A DNA stretch of 64,000 nucleotides from Octopus vulgaris (taxonomy: Eukaryota): positions 68,262,001 through 68,326,000 of the forward strand of contig OX597822.1 of NCBI GenBank assembly GCA_951406725.2, given 5' to 3'. Within the stretch, counting starts at the first letter, position 1. Each line of letters opens with the position of its first letter. Below are positions 56,707 to 64,000 of this stretch, piece after piece. The notes under the pieces are model-generated. The model made no database searches, was not told the origin of the DNA, and saw only the letters and a list, made by a program, of their open reading frames with translations. Made by a program: the position numbers and the translations under genes.

Positions 56707-57730
56707 AGGCGGTGAGCTAGCAAAATCGTTAGCACGGCGGGCAAAATACTTAGCGGCGTTTCGTCCGCCTTTGCGTTCTGAGTTCAAATTCAGCCGACGT
56801 CGACTTTACCTTTCATCCTTTCGGAGTCGATAAAATAAGCACCAACTGAGCACAGGGGTCGATGTAATTGACTTAGCCCCACCCACGGAATTGCTAGCCT
56901 TGTGCAAAAATTCGAAATAAATATTTATTCTTAACTTAAGGCGGCGAAATAGCAGAATCTCACATTTAGTATGCCGGACAAAATGCTTAATGACATTTTT
57001 GTCCGATTTTACATTCCATGTTCTAATTCTGCAATGGTCGACTTTGCCTCCTATCTTTTCGGGGTTGACATAATATGTACTAGTCGAACACAGGTCGAAA
57101 AAGGTAAGTAGCACTTGGTCTATGTAATCGAAGCATATGTAAGGCGCAGGAGTGGCTGTGTGGTAAGTAGCTTGCTAACCAACCACATGGTTCCGGGTTC
57201 AGTCCCACTGCGTGGCATCTTGGGCAAGTGTCTTCTGTTATAGCCCCGGGCCGACCAATGCCTTGTGAGTGGATTTGGTAGACGGAAACTGAAAGAAGCC
57301 TGTCGTATATATGTATATATATATATAAGTGTGTGCGTATATGTTTGTGTGTCTGTGTTTGTCCCCCTAGCATTGCTTGACAACCGATGCTGGTGTGTTT
57401 ACGTCCCCGTCACTTAGCGGTTCGGCAAAAGAGACCGATAGAATAAGTACTGGGCTTACAAAGAATAAGTCCCGGGGTCGATTTGCTCGACTAAAGGCGG
57501 TGCTCCAGCATGGCCGCAGTCAAATGACTGAAACAAGTAAAAGAGTAAAAGAGTAAAGAGTAAGAGTAATCGACTTGCCCCCTCCTCCGAAATTGTACCA
57601 AAATTTGCAACCAATACTTAATTTTTAACTTAAGGCTGTGAACTGGCAGAATCGTTAGCACAACGCGCAAAATGCTTTGCAGCATTTCGTCTGTCCTTAT
57701 GCTCTGATTTCGAATTCTGCCAAGGACGAC
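56707..57730 (+). mobile_element. SINE cluster: B (56707-56915), B (56939-57630) interrupted by a full-length A (57143-57565), and a B head (57632-57730)
   Basis: Family diagnostic motifs; the B sequence resumes TAATCGACTTGCCCCC after the A tail. Confidence 0.85.
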
Positions 57731-58549
57731 CGCTATTAATTCTTAACTTTGATGCAAATCCCACTTTTACAAGAAAGGAATATTAACGAGATAATCGATC
57801 CAAATACATTTTTCTGGCACATAATCGAAGTTGAGAAGATTTGAACTGGCATAACCAAATCTTTTAGTCCGCCATTTTACCGTTTCTAACAAACTACCAT
57901 TCATTAATATAAAAGGCATCTAAGAAGTTTTACTACGTTTTAATAGTTATTTTAGTACGTTGACTTCGCATGTACTTAGGTCGTCTAACTAAAAGCTTTT
58001 GCCTAGAGGAGATTGTCTAAACTACTGCATCTTACACTCGAGAAGACAGGAGAATTCTATAGACATTTGATGTATGTGACAATCTGGAAGGTGGAAGTTT
58101 GTAGATAAGCTTTTTAGAGCACAATTTTCCGACAGAACAGATAATAATCAGTCTTCCCACATTATCATTATTACACATATTACACTAATGGATGGAAAAT
58201 ATTCTGCTCTCCTCACAATACAAACTAATAAGAACAAACTATCAGATCATTTAATATTTCCAGCCTTTATTTCATTTTATTCTTTAATCAAGTATTAAGT
58301 TTATTACCTTTAGCTGATACTAAAAATAAGATGGCGACAACCATCAGACATTGGCTCAACTGTTTGCTTTTAAATGGATATTTGGACAGCTTTGACGCCA
58401 ACCGTTGCTTGGTAAATATTTTACCTCTCTGCTTATTATTTTTTCCTTCTAAAATTTAATGAATATGTCAACTAAACTCACTTTTATTGAATAATTTTAC
58501 GTGTATCTTTTTTTAAACTTTCCTTATTTTGTTGCGAGATGTGTGAGTC

Positions 58550-59581
58550 TTACTTGTATTCGCAGGTTTTTCTGATGAAAACAGTTTCATGGAGAGAATC
58601 TGAAGAAAAAGAACTATCTGATGCATCTTTCGAATTCCGAGGAGGGCAATTTTTGTTGCGGAGGTCAATAAATTTGTCAAGAAGTCTCTTCGTTAGATCT
58701 TTCATGGGTATTGAAACTGATATTATAGAAACATCACTGCTGGTTCCTGATGACGATTTCTTCGCCGAACTCTTCTTCCGTCTGTTGCGAAGTTTTGCTT
58801 CGGAAATATGTTCCGACTCTGAACTCATATACTGGTTGTTCTTATAACGAGATATTCGATACATTTTTTTCTTGTCCTGAATTACATCTTCTGATCGTGT
58901 GATGAAATTAAGGTCTGAGACTGAGAAGTCAGTGCTGGAGCTCGCTTTTACAACAGTAGTTTTCCTCTTTTTAGTCCTGGCTTTAGTCTTTTTGCCAGAA
59001 CTAGTGAGTATTGAATGGTCCGAATGCAAGATGGAGCATTCGCTTCCTGAAGGAGTTATGACTTTAATTGATTTCCTAGTGCATTTTTGTTTGCGATATT
59101 TGACATTTCTATCTTCATCACTGTCACTCGAAGACGAATTAAGAATATTCGAACAATCTACAGACTTTCTCTTCGAATTTAAACCGTTTTTCTGTATTTT
59201 GTTGTTTGAAAGTTCGTTATCTGAGTCACTCTCAGAGGATTCAGAGGTGGAGGAAGAGCTGCTAAAATTATCCTTCTCTGATAATCTAGTAGCCAGTCTT
59301 TCTAGAGAATCTTTTACTTTACGAAGTTGCCGGTTAAAATCGTGTAAAATTAACTCCTGCCTGTTGGCTCTTAACTCATCGGAGAGGGAAACCAAATTTC
59401 TCATCGAATCTACCTTGGAAGTATTACCTCTATCACAATTCGTTACATCTTTAAATGAACTTCTCGAAACAGACCCAGTTTCAGAATAAGTGTGAAAGGC
59501 CTTGTTTTTATATACATTTTTTGAACCTATTGAAGACGCATCCGGTGGAAAAGAGGTATTTTCAGAATCAGCTCGAGACAT
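58550..59581 (-). CDS. Putative host exon encoding a Ser/Lys/Asp-rich, largely disordered protein with a short predicted coiled coil; function unknown
   Basis: 343 open codons of non-repetitive sequence in an AT-rich genome. Heptad-like LSDELRANRQELILHDFNRQLRKVKDSLERLATRLSEK, acidic Ser patches and basic NLS-like clusters (KKTKARTKKRK, RNRRKK). The frame appears to extend upstream in a Lys-rich stretch to a possible acceptor near 59715; possible donor AA|GTAAGA at 58554/58553. No transposon motif recognised. Confidence 0.6.
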   Translation of the reverse strand: MSRADSENTSFPPDASSIGSKNVYKNKAFHTYSETGSVSRSSFKDVTNCDRGNTSKVDSMRNLVSLSDELRANRQELILHDFNRQLRKVKDSLERLATRLSEKDNFSSSSSTSESSESDSDNELSNNKIQKNGLNSKRKSVDCSNILNSSSSDSDEDRNVKYRKQKCTRKSIKVITPSGSECSILHSDHSILTSSGKKTKARTKKRKTTVVKASSSTDFSVSDLNFITRSEDVIQDKKKMYRISRYKNNQYMSSESEHISEAKLRNRRKKSSAKKSSSGTSSDVSIISVSIPMKDLTKRLLDKFIDLRNKNCPPRNSKDASDSSFSSDSLHETVFIRKTCEYK

Positions 59582-59935
59582 GATTAATACTTTTGTTTTT
59601 GAGTTGTTTCCTTCTTCTTTTTTTTTTTGTTTTGATTTTGACTTTCTTTTCGTTCTTTTTACTTTTGTTTTTTGTTTTGCTATTTGTTTTTGTTTTTTTT
59701 TTTTACGGAAGAATCTTTTATGTTACGAAAAATTGATAAAATTCTATATTATGTCCAAATTAACAAAAATTCGAAACAATGCTTTTTGTTTTAATTTACA
59801 TATAGGAAAAGTTTCTCTAGACGTTTCAAAGACTTTTCAAAATATGCAGGAAAAAAATCTTACGTCCGTTTCACTAGTCTTTTGGAAATTCATAACCGTA
59901 TTGAATGCTCTTGGAGAAATATCGAAACCTGCAAT

Positions 59936-60019
<84 letters not shown>

Positions 60020-60077
60020 CAGGCAGGCAGGCACAGGCGGGCGGGCGGACGGACGGATAGATGGATATAGAGAGATC

Positions 60078-60218
<141 letters not shown>

Positions 60219-60324
60219 GGATAGGTGGGTGGCTGGATGGCTGGATGAATGGATGGATGGATGGATGGATGGACAGACATACTGATTAATTGATCGATAG
60301 ATATAAACATACATATATCCATAC

Positions 60325-60370
<46 letters not shown>

Positions 60371-60671
60371 AAATATATATGCATATGTGAGAACACCTGC
60401 ATGTGTGTGTGTGTGCGTGTGAGTGCGCGTCTATCTGTATCTTTGTCTATTCGCGTGCGCGTATAATCGATTTGGGATATATACATTAAACTATATATAC
60501 ACATAATTGCACTATGTTTCTCCCTTTAACACAATGTTCATCAGTGAAAACAAGGCAGGGTTTACAATTGGATACATGCTGTAGTTGTCGCAAAACAAAA
60601 TAAAAGCAAAAGCAGATCGTAAGTGCTTCTTTAATTACATCTCTTTCGTGATCATAAATATTTCCACAATG

Positions 60672-60944
60672 ACCGAGGTTACCGTAGTCTTCCCCGTAGG
60701 CTTTTCTTTCCACGGATAAACCTTATCTGCTTTCCCCTTTACACTTTACATCATGACATTTCTGTGATACATGATCGATCCCTATTGATCGTTTTTCTTT
60801 TTTTTTCTCTCTCTTTTTACGATCCCTTTTGATCGAAAACTTACCCCCTCCACCTTTTTTTATTTATTTTTCTCCCCAAAAAGAAAAGCTCTACTTTGTA
60901 ATTTGTCCCCTCTGTGTTCAGCCCTTTGTGGCTAATAAAGAAAC
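60672..60944 (+). mobile_element. 5'-truncated LINE 3' UTR insertion with a perfect 16-bp TSD
   Basis: AAATATTTCCACAATG at 60656-60671 and 60945-60960. The terminus TTGTCCCCTCTGTGTTCAGCCCTTTGTGGCTAATAAAGAAAC matches 21380-21472. Confidence 0.88.
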
Positions 60945-61194
60945 AAATATTTCCACAATGTAGTCCATCATTACCCAAGTCAAATTCTAATCAATTTCCC
61001 CTTGGATAAGATCTTTCCTCAAAATACACCATAATATATTTTTGTGTAAAAGCTTAAAAGAAGCTACATATTTAACAAATGCCATTTTTACACGAAATTC
61101 TCAGTCCGTCAATAACTTTCATAATAAATATAAAAAAGAAATGTATTTAATAAAATTAAAATATTTCAAAATTTACACGGATTTAGCATGATAG

Positions 61195-61217
61195 CACATA
61201 CATACGTACATACATAC

Positions 61218-61248
<31 letters not shown>

Positions 61249-61403
61249 CATACATACATACATACATACATACATACATACATACATACATACATACATA
61301 CATACATACATACATACATACATACATACATACATACATACATACATACATACATACATACATACATACATACATACATACATACATACATACATACATA
61401 CAT
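61195..61403 (+). repeat. (TACA)n microsatellite, representative of dozens of (TA)n, (TG)n, (GATA)n, (GACA)n and (TACA)n arrays across the window
   Basis: Directly visible. Other long arrays include 3062-3180, 14279-14600, 20005-20165, 29083-29178, 37099-37340 and 49648-49885. Confidence 0.98.
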
Positions 61404-61769
61404 CAAAGTAATAGAGGATATCTATTGACAACTGCTTCAAAACCGCCAGCTTCCGTATCCAGACTATGATTTCATAACAAAGTAAAGATGACCCCAACCC
61501 TCAGCCGAACCCACACGCCACCCGTGCTTTCCCCACTCTCGCCTCCCCCACCTCCCAACAACATCACATCACACCACACTACACCATACAACATTACACA
61601 TCACATCACAACACACCACCCACACACCAGCACTGACCAATTCCCATCCCCACATTTTCACACTTACACATACATACACGCACACGTCCAAGCCACCAGC
61701 CCTCTTTCACATGCACATACTTACTCTCTTATACACACACGCACCTTCTTGTTGGGGGTCATCTTTACT

Positions 61770-62011
61770 TTGTTATCTCCCCTACTTCTTCGGTCTCCTG
61801 TCTGACCCTTCTGTCCGGCAGTCGCCATGATAGATCGGTAGCCACTACACACATTTTTTCTCTCATTGTTTTTTTTTCTGTGTCCCTTTCTGTAGAAGAG
61901 CATAGGCTCGAAACGTAAAAGACTTTTTCTATTCCTGAGCGTAATACTAATACATCTGTTTGTTTTGTACACCACCTGTCTTCGTCTTTTGTTGCTTTTT
62001 TCGTACACTCT

Positions 62012-62056
<45 letters not shown>

Positions 62057-62165
62057 GTTAATCCAAACAAGAAAACACCAAAAAACAACACAACGCGAGG
62101 ACGTGGAACAAATATAGTATTATTGGACGCTCAGGAAAGAAGGAAAGAAGGAGGGTTTAACGTAA
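61770..62165. mobile_element. Two related pseudo-LTR-like fragments tail-to-tail around a TA array (61770-62015, +; 62055-62165, -)
   Basis: The plus copy has CUUU-CUGUAGA-A-GAGC(auag)GCUC-GAAA-C-GUA-AAAG at 61886-61921. The minus copy shares TTCCTGAGCG..AATACTA..TTTGTT and begins at ACGTTA. Confidence 0.7.
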
Positions 62166-62169
62166 TATT

Positions 62170-62242
<73 letters not shown>

Positions 62243-62304
62243 AGAGAGAGAGATAGAGAGAGACAGACAGACAGGCAGGCAGACAGGCAGGCAGACAGGC
62301 AGAC

Positions 62305-62367
<63 letters not shown>

Positions 62368-63406
62368 GATCTTAATCTAGAGCTGTTCCTGTCGCTAGAT
62401 TTTAATATGAATATTCATATATATGTATGCATATGTGTATGCACATCTCTCTATGTATATATGTGTGTGTGTATGTGTACGTATGTAGGTAGGTATGTAG
62501 ATAGGTTGGCAGGTAGGTTGGTAGGTAGGTAAGTAGGTAAGTAGGTAGGCAGGTACGCACGTGCGTACGTAGGAATAGATGTGTGTGTATGAGTATTTAT
62601 GAGTGTGCATATGTATATGAACAGACATAGATTTATGGACACATACATTCACATGTATATACATACGTACCTACATACATTCGTATATACGACATACATG
62701 CATCACAGTGGTATAAACAACATACACCTGTCTTAAATCATTTGAAACATTGCCAAAAAGACGAATAGATTCAATCAATTTTCTACCAGACTGGGTCGCA
62801 GTAGACAAAATAACTTTGCCCAAGGAATTACCCTCTCACCTTTGAGACACCCTAGGATGTCACCAGGTCAAACGCAATACGTTAATCAACAAAGCAGACG
62901 TTCCTTAATACTTATCGTCTGCTTTCTAGTCAATCTAAAAACTTCCTCGGGGAAAAAAATATAAACAAATAAACCGTATAGCCACCTACGTAAATTTATT
63001 CATTTATATTCCTCCTTACTATATTTCTGAAGTTAAAGCCGGAGAAATTTTTTTTTTATTAAGATTGTTTTTATTTTTCTTTGGTTTTGTTGTTTTGGGG
63101 GTTGTTTGTTTGTATTTTGTTGGGGGTTTCTTTTCTATATTTTGTTCTGTTCATAGAATATTGTTTTATATGAATCTACATAAAATGGAAATTGCGCGTC
63201 ATAATCAGAAATATTTTACTGTAATGCTTATTATCTCATCTTTCTTTAAAAATGTATGTGTGTACACCTATTTACCTGTTCATCTCAAGTATAATATATA
63301 CATACTATATATTTTTTATATATAATTATATATGTATATATAAATATTCTTATTTCTTATTCCCCGTCTGTCTTGATATATATATACGTATAGATAGATA
63401 GATACA

Positions 63407-63440
<34 letters not shown>

Positions 63441-63656
63441 CGTATAGATAGATAGATACACGTGTATATATATGGAGAGAGAGAGGCAGGTAATTGAATG
63501 AATTATCTTATTAAGAATAATTCGAAAGATAACCGATACCTGGGTAGCAAATTCACATCAGAAAGAACAAGGAATATGCAGCCTTCGAAACATATGTCGA
63601 GAATAAAGGATATTTGTTAACTAGTCGTTCAACTCCATTCTTTCATATACTTATAA

Positions 63657-63719
<63 letters not shown>

Positions 63720-63836
63720 GTTTATCTATGTAGCCAACATATACATACACGAACACATACATACAAACATATACCAGAGTAAACACAAACACATACATGC
63801 GAAAAAGAGGTGGAAAAAATTGTAGAGAAATATGCT

Positions 63837-64000
63837 TTATTAAAAAGCAGCAACAATATCACAAAAAAACTATTACTCAGAGTTTCAGGTTCCCGTTCGT
63901 CGGACAGTTTTGTTTATCATTCTAAATAAAACTGTCTGACGAACGGGAACGTGAAACTCTAAGTAAGAGTTTTTGTGATATTTTTGATACTTTTTAATAA
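63837..64000. mobile_element. Palindromic element (~80-bp arms, 6-nt loop) with a hammerhead motif in each arm; runs off the window
   Basis: Arms at 63837-63916 and 63923-64000. Plus strand CUGU-CUGACGA-ACG(ggaa)CGU-GAAA-CUCUAAGUA; minus strand CUGU-CCGACGA-ACGGGAACCU-GAAA-CUCUGAGUA-AUAG. Confidence 0.8.

Noticed and set aside
58899-59942. Plus-strand ORFs of 196 and 146 aa
   Set aside because: Antisense shadows of the Ser/Lys-rich minus-strand ORF, with Leu/Phe-rich composition expected from the reverse complement.

Overview
AT-rich, extremely microsatellite-dense eukaryotic DNA that is almost entirely intronic or intergenic. The SINE families and simple-repeat load suggest an octopus (coleoid cephalopod) genome; this is an inference. 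Nearly all ORFs in the track are translations of simple repeats. Transposon content: (1) a nearly full-length but frameshifted R4/Dong-clade non-LTR retrotransposon (RT, CCHC knuckle, restriction-like endonuclease) sitting in a (TAA)n array, plus five more fragments of this clade; (2) decayed Tx1/L1-like, CR1-like and Penelope-like retroelements; (3) about 25-30 copies of three tRNA-derived SINE families, two of which share their 3' tails with LINE ends present in this window; (4) Tc1/pogo-, hAT- and Helentron-type non-autonomous elements. The most unusual signal is a recurring set of small foldback (inverted-repeat) elements carrying minimal type I hammerhead-ribozyme motifs, including a repeated non-canonical CUGUNGA core. 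Possible host-gene content is one ~1 kb Ser/Lys-rich ORF on the minus strand (58550-59581) and a candidate 21-nt micro-exon at 16361-16381. No rRNA, true tRNA gene or CRISPR array was seen. Coordinates were read by eye and may be off by a few bases.
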